Assembly (NCBI GenBank): GCA_964016885.1
Contig: OZ024743.1
Coordinates: 284,146,001-284,210,000, forward strand
Length of the DNA stretch: 64,000 bases
From: Eledone cirrhosa
Taxonomy: Eukaryota
Reading direction: 5' to 3'
Of the stretch, positions 1 through 12,944 are shown one piece after another. A program made the position numbers and the translations under genes. Under the pieces are notes generated by a model. The model was given only the letters and a program-made list of their open reading frames with translations, had not been told where the DNA came from and did no database searches. The number at the start of each line of letters is the position of its first letter. The stretch's first letter is position 1.

Positions 1-279
1 TCACCAGAAAATTTGTTGAAAGAAATGGTCTAGTCTCGGTTCATCAGCGTGTGTAAGGCCATACATTTCAGACAACACTAAGAGAATTTTACAATTGACT
101 GTCCAGCTACACGTGGGAGAGAGAAGTCACAGCGTGTTTAAGGGCAGTGAACCAGTGGCCTCTGAGAGACGAACTGCTAGAAAGGGCAGCCCAAAGCCAC
201 TCAGAGAAGTGTGCTCAACCAAACAGATATAGGAAAGACTATTGTTAGGAGCGAAATATCACGATATCGTGATATATAT

Positions 280-374
<95 letters not shown>

Positions 375-412
375 ATATATAATATATAATATTTTTATTG
401 CCCTGCACTTTT

Positions 413-612
413 NNNNNNNNNNNNNNNNNNNNNNNNNNNNNNNNNNNNNNNNNNNNNNNNNNNNNNNNNNNNNNNNNNNNNNNNNNNNNNNNNNNNNNNN
501 NNNNNNNNNNNNNNNNNNNNNNNNNNNNNNNNNNNNNNNNNNNNNNNNNNNNNNNNNNNNNNNNNNNNNNNNNNNNNNNNNNNNNNNNNNNNNNNNNNNN
601 NNNNNNNNNNNN
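413..612. other. Assembly gap (200 N)
   Basis: run of N. Confidence 1.
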
Positions 613-902
613 GTAAAGTTATGTTGGTGCCACAACATCCAGCCCGAAACAAATGAGGTCGTGTAGGTGTCACGACAAAAAAAAACACACAGTCCACGCT
701 GTAATGTGGCCGTGTAGGCAACATGGTAAAAACCTCCCAGTTCCACACTGTAAATGTGGTTGGTGTTAGGAAGGGCATCCAGCCGTAGAAAACCCGCCAG
801 ACAGTCCTATGCGAGCAAGACAACCACTCTTGCCTCAAGTGGGAAAACTCCCGTCCAAACCCATGCAAGCGTGGAATATGGACGTTAAACGATGATGATG
901 AT
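613..902 (+). mobile_element. RTE family A 3' UTR fragment with (GAT)n tail
   Basis: matches the 3' UTR of the copy at 6724-8449. Confidence 0.85.
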
Positions 903-976
903 ATATATATATATATAATATATTAATATATTATTATTAATATACTATATATATATATATATATAATATATATATG

Positions 977-1010
<34 letters not shown>

Positions 1011-1047
1011 ATATATATATATAAATATATATATATATAATATATAT

Positions 1048-1240
<193 letters not shown>

Positions 1241-1281
1241 TATATGATGAAAAAAAAAAAGATGATGAATACAGGACACGT

Positions 1282-1510
1282 CAAAACAGAAACTGACCAC
1301 ACAAAATTCAAGAAGTCTTTGGACAAATTCCTCCAAGTAATCCCGGACAAACCACCCACAACCGGATATGTCTCCGCAAACAGTAATTCTCTTCTCGAAT
1401 GGGCCATGGTGCCCAAATCCTGAATTGAAAGACTTCGCCAAGTGGTGCTATTAAGTTAGACATGGCCTAGGCCAATACTGGCCAAAACATTTCAAAGTTA
1501 TTCAAAGTTA
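1282..1510 (+). mobile_element. 3' end of the CR1-like LINE (same family as 22080-26282)
   Basis: matches 26063-26282, including the tcaaagtta terminal repeats. Confidence 0.85.
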
Positions 1511-1804
1511 TATATATAATATATATATAATATATATATTATATATATATATTATATATAATATATATAATATATATATAATATATATATAATATATATA
1601 ATATATATATATATATTATATATTATATATAATATATATAATATATATATAATATATATATAATATATATAATATATATATATATATTATATATATATAT
1701 TATATATAATATATATATAATATATATAATATATATATAATATATATAATATATATATATATATTATATATATATATTATATATAATATATATATAATAT
1801 ATAT

Positions 1805-1870
<66 letters not shown>

Positions 1871-2577
1871 TAATATATATAATATATATATAATATATAT
1901 ATAATATATATATATATATTATATATATATATATATAATATATATATAATATATATAATATATATATAATATATATATATATATATTATATATATATATA
2001 TAATATATATAATATATATATATATATTATATATATATATTATATATAATATATATAATATATATATAATATATATATATTATATATAATATATATAATA
2101 TATATATATATAATATATATAATATATATAATATATATATAATATATATATATTATATATAATATATATAATATATATATATATATATATAATATATATA
2201 ATATATATATATATATTATATATATATATATAATATATATAATATATATATATATATTATATATATATATTATATATAATATATATAATATATATATAAT
2301 ATATATATATTATATATAATATATATAATATATATATATATATATAATATATATAATATATATATAATATATATATATATATAATATATATAATATATAT
2401 ATAATATATATATATTATATATAATATATATAATATATATATATATATTATATATATATTATATATAATATATATATATATATTATATATATATATTATA
2501 TATATATTATATATATTATATATAATATATATATATAATATATATATATATATTATATATATTATATATATATTATA
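1510..2577. repeat. Long imperfect (TA)n tract; similar tracts at 900-1245, 11774-12944, 20200-21408, 30298-31036 and elsewhere
   Basis: direct reading. Confidence 0.95.
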
Positions 2578-4062
2578 TCATCATCATCATCATCATCATC
2601 AACGTTTAACGTCCGTGTTCCACGCTTGCATGGGTTTGGACGGGGGTAGTCCCACTTGAGGCAAGAGTGATTGTCTTGCTCGCATAGGACTGTCTGGCAG
2701 GTTTTCTACAGTTGGATGCCCTTCCTAACACCAACCACATTTACAGTGTGGGTCTGGGAGGTTTTTACCGTGTTGCCTACACGGCCACATTACAGCGTGG
2801 ACTGTGTGTTTTTTTGTCGTGACACCTACACGATCTCATTTGTTTCGGCCTGGATGGCGCGGCACCAACATAACTTTACATAGAACGGGGTGGTGTGGAT
2901 GGGGTGGGGGTGGCGGCGGGAGGGGTGTATTTTGTTAGAGATGCCTACTGGCAAGGCGGGTCTTCTCTGTTACTGAGTACCGCCAAAGGTCACGGTCCAG
3001 TGACATTGTCTTGGAGAGGTGTAAGTGTGTGAGGTCGGAGTTTATCAGCTCATCCCATGTTTTTCTAGGTCTGCCTATTCCGTGGCTACCGTCTATCTTT
3101 ATTGCCCTGCACTTTGTAATACAGCTATCGACTTTCATGCGCATCACGTGTCCATACCAACGCAGCCTTCTCTCGAGTAAACAACATCTGATCCCTCTTA
3201 TCTCTAATTTTTTCCTTAGTTCGTTTATGCTTTGCCGTTCACGTATATTACTGTTACACATCCAGCGGAGCATGCAAGCTTCGTTCCTCTCTAGTCTGCG
3301 TATATCCTCTGCACACAATGCCCAGGTCTCACTACCATGCAACATTGCTGTTCGTATGCAGGCATCGTACAACCTGCCTTTCATTTTTAGGGAGAACCCT
3401 TTAGCAGCTAATAGTGGTATAAGCTCTCTGAACTTTTTCCAACCAGTTCTGACTCTAGCTACAGTACTTTCAGAGCACCCTCCCCCACTGCTGATTTTAT
3501 CGCCCAGGTAACGGAAGCTGTCCACTATTTCTATAAAACCCTCTGCGCAATTGAAAGAGCTAGTATTTTGTGGGCACTTGCTGCTACTTATTGCACCAGA
3601 ACACCGGCCACATGTAAAGTCTATGTTCTTAGTTAGCTTACCTGTGATCCCACTACATCTTTTATGCACCCATACTTTGCATTTAGGACATAAGATGGAG
3701 TTTCTACCTACGCCTTTCCTACATACCGAGCACGACCATTTCCCAGAAGGGACCGCCGCCTTGTTTTCTTTCCTACAAACTAGAACTTTGGTCTTAGCCA
3801 GGTTAATTTTAAGTCCTTTTGACTCTAGGCCGTGCTTCCATGTTTGGAATTTCTTCTCTAGCTCGGCCATTGATTCCGCTATGAGTGTCAGGTCGTCTGC
3901 GTATAGGAGTTCCCATGGGCAGCCTGTCTTGAACTCCTCTGTTATAGCCTGAAGGGCAATAATAAATAGTAGGGGGCTGAGAACAGAGCCCTGATGGACG
4001 CCAACTTTTACGCTAAACTCTTCACTATATTCGTTGTTAATTCTAACCTTGCTGACTGTTTC
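2578..4062 (-). mobile_element. 5'-truncated RTE-clade LINE, family A
   Basis: ORF 2935-3870 and upstream frame with GVHQGSVLSPLLF and LLYADD; PHD-like finger; RRLRWYGHV and GRPRKTW C-terminal motifs; (GAT)n tail. Confidence 0.93.
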
Positions 4063-4074
4063 TATATATATTAT

Positions 4075-4113
<39 letters not shown>

Positions 4114-4117
<4 letters not shown>

Positions 4118-5260
4118 GTAATAATAATGAAATTGAAGACTAAAATCCAGAGAGGGCTCGATAAGGAAAATATATATCAAATGAGGCAATTTCGGCTTGT
4201 AAACATAAATTGCACAAAACTTTCCTGTATTACAGCCCTACGTTATACCCTAATGGATAGCACAATCTATACGTGGATATTTACGTCTTGATGTGGGAGC
4301 TAAGTATATGTTTTGTTTATTCCTTTACTTTTTGCATAGGTAAGTATATATTACCCGTATGTTTTGTGAAGGTATGTATACCTTCTCGTACGTATATTTG
4401 ACTGTTTTGGCGTATAATTTTTACATATTCTGGTATTTAGGGCTTGGTTATGTGTATATGGGAGTTTTGCGTCTGCGTGAGTATGCAGGTTCGTACGTAT
4501 GGTGGGTGTGTGTATATGTGTACTTCTTGTTTTAGTTGACTTACGTCTCCGAACCTTCATGTATTTATTTGTAGGTATGTGTGTGCGATTGTTATATACG
4601 TATTTATTTACTTATATACGTTTATATAATTATTTATTTATTTGTACACAAGCATACACACATACACATATTTATATGTGCGTGGTTTTGTATACCTATG
4701 GTAAGGTTTTGCGTATGCTTGTGTATGTACGTATCTGTTTGCGTGTATGTATTTATTTGTTCCTATTACTTCTGTATTGTATTTATTTACTTTGTTCTTA
4801 ACTCTGTAGCAGAGATTCATTCGGTCTTCTAGTTAGAATTTTAGTCTACGACTTCTGCTATACCATTTACGTGGTTTTGTCTTTGCACGCTATTGTTCTC
4901 CACGCTCCACATATGACTTATTATCTTCGTTTTTTCGTTCATTGCCAGAGAACGTCTCTATGCACCACTTAGAGAACATTAGTCTACGACCTCTTTTATA
5001 CCATAAACGTGGTTCTGTCCTTGCACGTAATTGTTTTTCACCGCTCCTATTAATGACGTATTATTCGTTTTTTCCCGTTCTTTGCCAGCAAACGTCACCA
5101 TGAACCAAAGTATCGTCTTCCTGTCTTCCTCCGGTTGCAACGTTTTTTGAAATATCCAGTTCTGCGTTTACAGATTGACTTTGTTAGTTTCAGAAGATCC
5201 CGTTAAGGGTGAAAGCAGCGATTCTTTGCTTAAACTTTAATCTGTTATTTTAATAAATAT
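4114..5260 (+). mobile_element. Non-coding TG-rich repeat with a 3' hammerhead-like fold (probable Penelope-like non-autonomous element)
   Basis: second copy at 18959-20150; diverged internal tandem units at ~4842-4953 and ~4980-5095; bounded by (TA)n. Confidence 0.65.
5170..5245 (+). ncRNA. Type-I hammerhead-like motif with variant core CAGAAGA
   Basis: agttt-CAGAAGA-t-ccc/ggg-t-GAAA-gca/tgc-TT-aaact, with distal pairing acagattga/ttaatctgt. Confidence 0.55.
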
Positions 5261-5320
5261 ATATATATATAATATATATATATATATAATATATATATAT
5301 ATATAATATATATATATTAT

Positions 5321-5383
<63 letters not shown>

Positions 5384-5458
5384 TATATATATAATATATA
5401 TAATATATATATATATAATATATATATATATATAATATATATAATATATTTCTATATA

Positions 5459-5516
<58 letters not shown>

Positions 5517-5680
5517 TATATAATATATATAATATATATATATAATATATATATATATATATAATATATATAATATATTTCTATATAATATATATATATA
5601 TATATGTATTGAAATTTCCGTTGGAAACAGAAAAGGTCATAGAAGTGAAGAGTGCTCTATGTAAGTATCAGAGCAAAATT

Positions 5681-5882
5681 TAATGTATAAAAATCAATAC
5701 AATATAATTACCTCATTACCAGAGGTTTCCCGAATGAGGCGAATACGAAAGAAACGTTTTCATTCGTTCGTCAGACGAATGAAGACGTCTGACGAACGAA
5801 TGAAGACGTTTCTTTAGTATTCGCCTCATTCGGGAAACCTCTGGTAATGAGGTAATTATATTGTATTGATTTTTATACATTA
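5681..5882. repeat. Fold-back palindrome with ~95-bp arms and a hammerhead-like CTGACGA-acgaat-GAAA motif near its centre
   Basis: the left arm is the reverse complement of the right arm with few mismatches. Confidence 0.85.
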
Positions 5883-5942
5883 TATATATATATATAATAT
5901 ATATATATATAATATATATATATATATATTATATATATATAT

Positions 5943-6136
5943 AAGCACCCAGCACTCACTGTAAATGAGGTTGGTGTTAGGAAGGGCATCCAGCTGTAGA
6001 AATCAAGCCAGATCAGTTCCTGTATGAGCAAGGCATGGTCAGCCGACCAGACACTGCCCACAACAGGACAACCCGTCTAACCCATGCTAGCGTGGAAGAA
6101 CGGACGTAAAACGGTGATGATGATGATGATGATGAT
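5943..6136 (+). mobile_element. RTE family B 3' terminal fragment
   Basis: matches 15367-15554. Confidence 0.85.
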
Positions 6137-6216
6137 ATATATTATATGTATATATTATATATATATATTATATATATATATTATATATTATATATATAGA
6201 TATTATATATATATGA

Positions 6217-6562
6217 TCATTTCATTTCATTTCATTTCATTTTATGTCCGCTTTTTCCTTGCTTGCAAGGGTGGGACGGGAACTGATTCTGGCTTGATTT
6301 CTACAGCTGGATGCCCTTCCTAACACCAACCTCATTTACAGTGAGTGCTGGGTGCTTTTTTGCCGTGGCACCTCCACGACCACTTTGCAGTGGAATGATA
6401 TGAAACCCAGTCCCTATCATCTCATTTCTACAGCTCAGTAAACTGGAGCAATGTGAAATAAAGTGTCTTGCTCAAGGAAACAACACATCACCCGGTCTGA
6501 GAATTGAACTCACAACCTTTCGATGCAAGGCCAATGCTCTAACCACTAAGCCATGTGCTTCC
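6217..6562 (-). mobile_element. tRNA-derived SINE with CORE-like centre and RTE-B-related 3' part
   Basis: A box TGGCTTAGTGG and B box GAGTTCAATTC; ccttgagcaagacactt centre; further copies at 8625 and 31037. Confidence 0.88.
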
Positions 6563-6598
6563 ATACATATATATATATATATATATTATATATTATAT

Positions 6599-6630
<32 letters not shown>

Positions 6631-6643
6631 ATATATATATAAT

Positions 6644-6709
<66 letters not shown>

Positions 6710-6723
6710 ATATATATATATTA

Positions 6724-8449
6724 GGAGGGAAGCTAGGAGACAAGTGTACTTCGCAAGAAGGGAAGCAGAGGACCAAAAACGTGGCGTGCTCAGGATTGCT
6801 AGGCAATGTTTCAAGGAAAACCGTGATATTGTCGGGGAGAAGTGTGTACTTAATGATGAAGGCGTACTCGCCATCACTGACGCTGATAAGAAGGTAGCTT
6901 GGAAGTGTCACTACGAAAGGCTTCGAAATGAAGAGAATAAATGGGAGAAAGACAGTCTCCCCCACATCGACCCAATAGAGGGACCAGCAGTGTTAGTCGA
7001 AGATAGTATAATAAGTAAGGCAATCAAAGATATGAAGGCAGGTAAGGCGGCTGGGCCTTCGGAAATAGTTGCTGAGATGCTGAAAGCCTCTGGAACGGTG
7101 GGACACACCATGGTCTCCCGGATAGCAAACCAAGTCATACAGAATGGGGTTGTTCCGAAGGACTGGCATAGCAGCATCATCATTAACTGTTACAAGGGTA
7201 AAGGAGATGCCCTAGATAGGTGTAACTATAGAGGCATTAAATTAATCGACCAGGTCATGAAGGTCACGGAAAAAGTAATAGCGCAACTAATCAGAGAGAG
7301 AATTGATCTAGATGAAATGCAGTTCGGGTTTGTGTCAGGCAAAAGTACCACAGACGCTCTTTTCATTGTACGACAACTACAGGAGAAGTACCTAGCTAAA
7401 AGTAAACCCCTATACTTAGCTTTTGTGGATTTGGAGAAAGCCTTCGACAGAGTCCCCCGTTCCATTATCTGGCGGGCCCTTAGAAAACTAGGTGTTGACA
7501 AATGGCTTGTGAGAGCTATACAAGCCATGTATAAAGAAACAGTCAGCAAGGTTAGAATTAACAACGAATATAGTGAAGAGTTTAGCGTAAAAGTTGGTGT
7601 CCATCAGGGCTCTGTTCTTAGCCCCCTACTATTTATTATTGCCCTTCAGGCTATAACAGAGGAGTTCAAGACCGGCTGCCCATGGGAACTCCTATACACA
7701 GATGATCTAACGCTCATAGCTGAATCAATGGCCGAGCTAGAGAAGAAATTCCAAACATGGAAGCACGGCCTAGAATCAAAAGGCCTTAAAATTAACCTGG
7801 CTAAGACTAAGGTTCTAGTTTGTAGGAAAGAAAATAAGGCGCCGGTCCCTTTCGGGAAATGGCCATGCTCAGTGTGTAGGAAAGGCGTAGGTAGAAACTC
7901 TATTTTATGTCCCAAATGCAAGAGAAGACCCGCCTTACCTAAATACAAAATAAAACCTACTACAGTCAGTAGGCATCTTTAACAAAATACACCCCCATCC
8001 CACCACCCCAACCCCATCCACACCGACCCTTCACTGTAAAGTTATGTTGGTTCCACAACATCCAGGCCGAAACAAATGAGATCGTGTAGGTGTCACGACA
8101 AAAAAACACACAGTCCATGCTGTAATGTGGCCGTGTAGGCAATACGGTAAAAACCTCCCAGCCCCACACTTTAAATGTGGTTGGTGTTAGGAAGGGCATC
8201 CAGCTGTTGAAAACCCGCCAGACAGTCCACGCTGTAATGTGGCCGCATAGGCAACACGGTAAAAACCTCCCAGCCCCACACTGTAAATGTGGTTGGTGTT
8301 AGGAAGGGCATCCAGCTGTAGAAAACGCGCCAGACAGTCCTATGCAAGACAATCACTCTTGCCTCAAGTGGGAAAACCCCCGTCCAAACCCATGCAAGCG
8401 TGGAACACCGAGGTTAAACGTTGATGATGATGATGATGATGATGATGAT
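6724..8449 (+). mobile_element. RTE family A LINE, 5'-truncated, with a ~0.7-kb internal deletion and a duplicated 3' UTR segment
   Basis: ORF 6744-7982 has RT motifs (QFGF, FVDLEKAFD, LYTDD); jumps from CPKCK to the C-terminal end at ~7922. Confidence 0.93.
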
Positions 8450-8560
8450 ATAAATAATATATATATATTATATATATATATAATATATATATATTATCTA
8501 TATATATAATATATATATATTATATATATATATAATATACATATATATATAAATAATATA

Positions 8561-8591
<31 letters not shown>

Positions 8592-8624
8592 GTATACATA
8601 TATAAATAATATATATATATATAT

Positions 8625-8965
8625 GGAGTCACATGGCTTAGTGGTTAGAGCATTGGCCTTGCAATCGAAAGGTTGCGAGTTCAATTCTCAGACCGGCTGA
8701 TGTGTTGTTTCCTTGAGCAAGACACTTTATTTCACATTGCTCCAGTTTACTCAGCTGTAGAAATGAGATGATAGGGGCTGGGGTCCCTATCATTCCACTG
8801 CAAAGTGGTCGTGGAGGTGCCACGGCAAAAAAGCACCCAGCACTCACTGTAATTGAGGTTGGTGTTAGGAAGGGCATCCAGCTGTAGAAATCAAGCCAGA
8901 ATCAGTTCCCGTCCCACCCTTGCAAGCAGGGAAAAAGCGGACGTAAAATGAAATGATGAAATGAT
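8625..8965 (+). mobile_element. tRNA-derived SINE, full length
   Basis: same family as 6217-6562; flanked by (TA)n. Confidence 0.88.
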
Positions 8966-9043
8966 ATATAATATATATATATATTATATATATATAATAT
9001 ATATATAATATATATATATATATAATATATTATATATATTTTA

Positions 9044-9259
9044 AGGAACGATCGACTTTCGTCAAATCGGACCGAGGGAACAATGTTTCCGTTGGTCTTT
9101 CCAATTGCTAATACTATCTATCGGTCGCAACTCCAGGTAGAAGGAGCAACGTGAAATAAAGTGTCTTGCTCAAGGACATAACGCATCGCCTGGTCCAGGA
9201 ATCGAACTCACAACCTTACGATTGCGAATCCAATTCTCTAACCACTCAGCCACATGCCT
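9044..9259 (-). mobile_element. tRNA-derived CORE-like SINE with a different 3' part
   Basis: TGGCTGAGTGG / GAGTTCGATTCC boxes and ccttgagcaagacactt centre. Confidence 0.75.
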
Positions 9260-9385
9260 TATATATATATATATATATTATGTTTATATATAATATATAT
9301 ATATATATTTATATATATAATATATATATATATTATACTGCCCCAGCATGGCCTCAGCCAGATGGCTGAAACAGGTAAAAGAGTA

Positions 9386-9426
<41 letters not shown>

Positions 9427-9428
9427 AA

Positions 9429-9482
<54 letters not shown>

Positions 9483-9521
9483 CGATATTAACAAATGGAA
9501 ACTATATTTATAAAACCATAT

Positions 9522-9588
9522 TTATTTCATTATACATATTTCCAGGATACCAAGTTAAATTCTGGTATGCCTTCATCAGACAAAATAC
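9522..9588 (-). ncRNA. Type-I hammerhead-like motif
   Basis: tattttgt-CTGATGA-agg(c)atacca/tggtatcct-g-GAAA-tatgta-TA-atgaaata. Confidence 0.55.
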
Positions 9589-9617
9589 CATATATACCAG
9601 TTTTATAAATAAACATT

Positions 9618-9705
9618 GACGTACCCTTTCAAAATGCGACCATTACTTTTGGAAGACATCCTGATGTCTTCCAAAAGTAATGGTCGCATTTTGAAAGGGT
9701 ATGTC
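9618..9705. repeat. Near-perfect hairpin with ~43-bp arms and a 2-nt loop, next to the hammerhead-like motif
   Basis: taccctttcaaaatgcgaccattacttttggaagacatc followed by its reverse complement. Confidence 0.9.
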
Positions 9706-9770
9706 GGGGTCTTACTTGTTCCTATATAATATATATATATATATAATATATATATATATAATATATATAT

Positions 9771-11773
9771 ATCATCATCATCGTTTAACGTCCATATTCC
9801 ACGCTTGCATGGGTTTGGATGGGGAGTTTTTCCACTTGAGGCAAGAGTGGTTGTCTTGCTCGCATAGGATTGTCTGGCGGGTTTTCTATGGCTGGATGCC
9901 CTTCGTAACACCAACCTCATTTACAGTGTGGAACTGGGATGTTTTTACCGTGTTACCTACACGGCCACATTACAGCATGGACTGTGTGCTTTTTTGTCGT
10001 GACACCTACACGACCTCATTTGTTTCCAGCTGGATGTTGTGGTACCAACATAACTTTGCATTGAAAGGGGTGGTGAGCATGGTGTGGGGGTAGTGGGACG
10101 GAGGGTGTATTTTGTTAGAGGTGCCTACTGACTGTAGTAGGTTTCACTTTGTACATAGGTAAGGCGGGTCTTCTCTATTACTGTGTAGCGCCAAAGCTCT
10201 CTGTCCAATGACATTGTCTTGGAGAGGTGTAAGTGCGTGAGGTCGGAATTTATCAAGTCGTCCCAGGTTTTTCTGGGTCTGACTATTCCGTGGCTACCGT
10301 CTATTTTTATTGCCCTGCTCTTTTTTATACAGCTGTCGTCTTTCATGCGCATCACGTGACCATACCAACGTAGCCTTCTCTCGAGTAAACAACATCTGAT
10401 CCCTCTTATTTCTAATTTTTCCCTTAGTTCGTTTATGCTTTGCCGTTCATGTATATTACTATTACACATCCAGCGGAGCATGCAAGTTTGGTTCCTCTCC
10501 AGTCTGCGTATATCCTCTGCACACAATGCCCAGGTCTCAGTGCCATGCAACATTGCTGTTCGTATGCAGGCATCATACAGCCTGCCTTTCATTTTTAGGC
10601 AGAACCCTTTAGCGGTTAATAGTGGTATAAGCTCTCTGAACTTTTTCCATCCAGTTCTGACTCGAGCTACTGTACTTTCAGAGCACCCTCCCCCACTGCT
10701 GATTTTGTCACCCAGGTAATGGAAGCTGTCCACTATTTCTATAGAACCATCTGTGCAATGGAATGAGCTAGTATTCTGTGGGCACTTGCTGCTACTTATT
10801 GCACCAGAGCACCGGCCACATATAAAATCTATGCTCTTAGTTAGCTTACCTGTGATCCCACTACATCTTTTATGCACCCATACTTTGCATTTGGGACATA
10901 AAATGGAGTTTCTACCTACTCCTTTCCTACACACTGAGCATGGCCATTTCCCGGATGGGACCGACGCCCTATTTTCCTTCCTACAAACTAGAACTTTAGT
11001 CTTAGACAGGTTAATCTTAAGGCCTTTTGATTCTAGGCCATGCTTCCATGTTTGGAATTTCTTCTCTAGTTCGGCCATTGATTCAGCTATGAGTGTTAGA
11101 TCATCTGCGTATAGGAGTTCCCACGGGCAGCCGGTCTTGAACTCCACTGTTATAGCCTGAAGGGCGATAATAAATAGGAGGGGACTAAGAACGGAGCCCT
11201 GATGAACACCAACTTTTACGCTAAACTCTTCACTATATTCATTGTTAATTCTAACCTTGCTGACTGTTTCTTTTTATACATGGCTTGTATAGCTCTCGCA
11301 AGCCATTTATCAACACCTAGTTTTCTAAGAGCCCACCAGATAATGGAACGAGGGACTCTGTCAAAGGCTTTCTCCAAGTCGACAAAAGCTAAGTATAGGG
11401 GTTTACCTTTAGCTAGGTAATTCTCTTGTAGTTGTTGTACAATGAAAAGAGCGTCTCTGGTACTTTTGCCTGACACAAACCCGAACTGCATTTCATCTAG
11501 ATCAATTCTCTCTCTGATTAGTTGCACTATTACTTTTTCCGTGACCTTCATGACCTGGTCGATTAATTTAATGCCTCTATAGTTACTCCTATCTAGGACA
11601 TCTCCTTTACGCTTGTAGCAGTTAATGATGATGCTTCTACGCCAGTCCTTCGGAACAACCCCATTCTGTATGACTTGGTTTACTATCCGGGTACCCATGG
11701 TGTGTCCCACCGTTCCAGAAGCTTTCAGCATTTCAGCCAATATTTCCGAAGGCCCAGCCTTCATATCTTTGAT
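9771..11773 (-). mobile_element. RTE family A LINE, 5'-truncated and frameshifted
   Basis: ORFs 10125-11147 and 11216-11770 carry RT motifs; (GAT)n tail. Confidence 0.93.
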
Positions 11774-12011
11774 ATATAGATAATATATATATATATATGT
11801 ATAATATAAATATAATATATATAATGTATATATATATATATATATAATATAAATATAATATATATAATGTATATATATATATATATATAATATATATATA
11901 ATATATATAATGTATATATATATATATAATATATATATATATAATATATATATAATATATATAATGTATATATATATATATATATATAATATAAATATAA
12001 TATATATAATG

Positions 12012-12042
<31 letters not shown>

Positions 12043-12280
12043 AATATAATATATATAATGTATATATATATATATATAATATATATATAATATATATATA
12101 ATATATATAATGTATATATATATATATATAATATATATATAATATATATATAATATATATAATGTATATATATATATATATATAATATATATATATATAA
12201 TATATATATAATATATATAATGTATATATATATATATATATAATATATATATATATAATATATATATAATATATATAATG

Positions 12281-12311
<31 letters not shown>

Positions 12312-12394
12312 TATATATATAATATATAATATATATAATATATATATATATAATATATATAATATACATAATATATATATATATATAATATATA

Positions 12395-12435
<41 letters not shown>

Positions 12436-12625
12436 TATATATATAATATATAATATATATAATATATATATATATAATATATATAATATACATAATATAT
12501 ATATATATATAATATATAATATATATAATATATATATATATAATATATATAATATACATAATATATATAATATATATATATATAATATACATTATATATA
12601 TATATATAATATATATAATATACAT

Positions 12626-12659
<34 letters not shown>

Positions 12660-12781
12660 ATATATATATATATATAATATATATAATATATATATATATA
12701 TATAATATATATATATATAATATATATAATATATATATATATATATAATATATATATATATATATAATATATATATATAAT

Positions 12782-12834
<53 letters not shown>

Positions 12835-12909
12835 TATAATATATATATATAATATATATATATATAATATATATATAAATAATATATATATAATATATAT
12901 ATTATATAT

Positions 12910-12944
<35 letters not shown>

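Noticed and set aside
3011-3952. Recurrent ORFs antisense to RTE ORF2 (also 10435-11160, 28238-29912, 51445-52560)
   Set aside because: Shadow frames; they recur only because the element is repeated
8625-8697. tRNA-like sequences with A/B boxes
   Set aside because: SINE heads continuing into SINE bodies; acceptor stems do not pair properly
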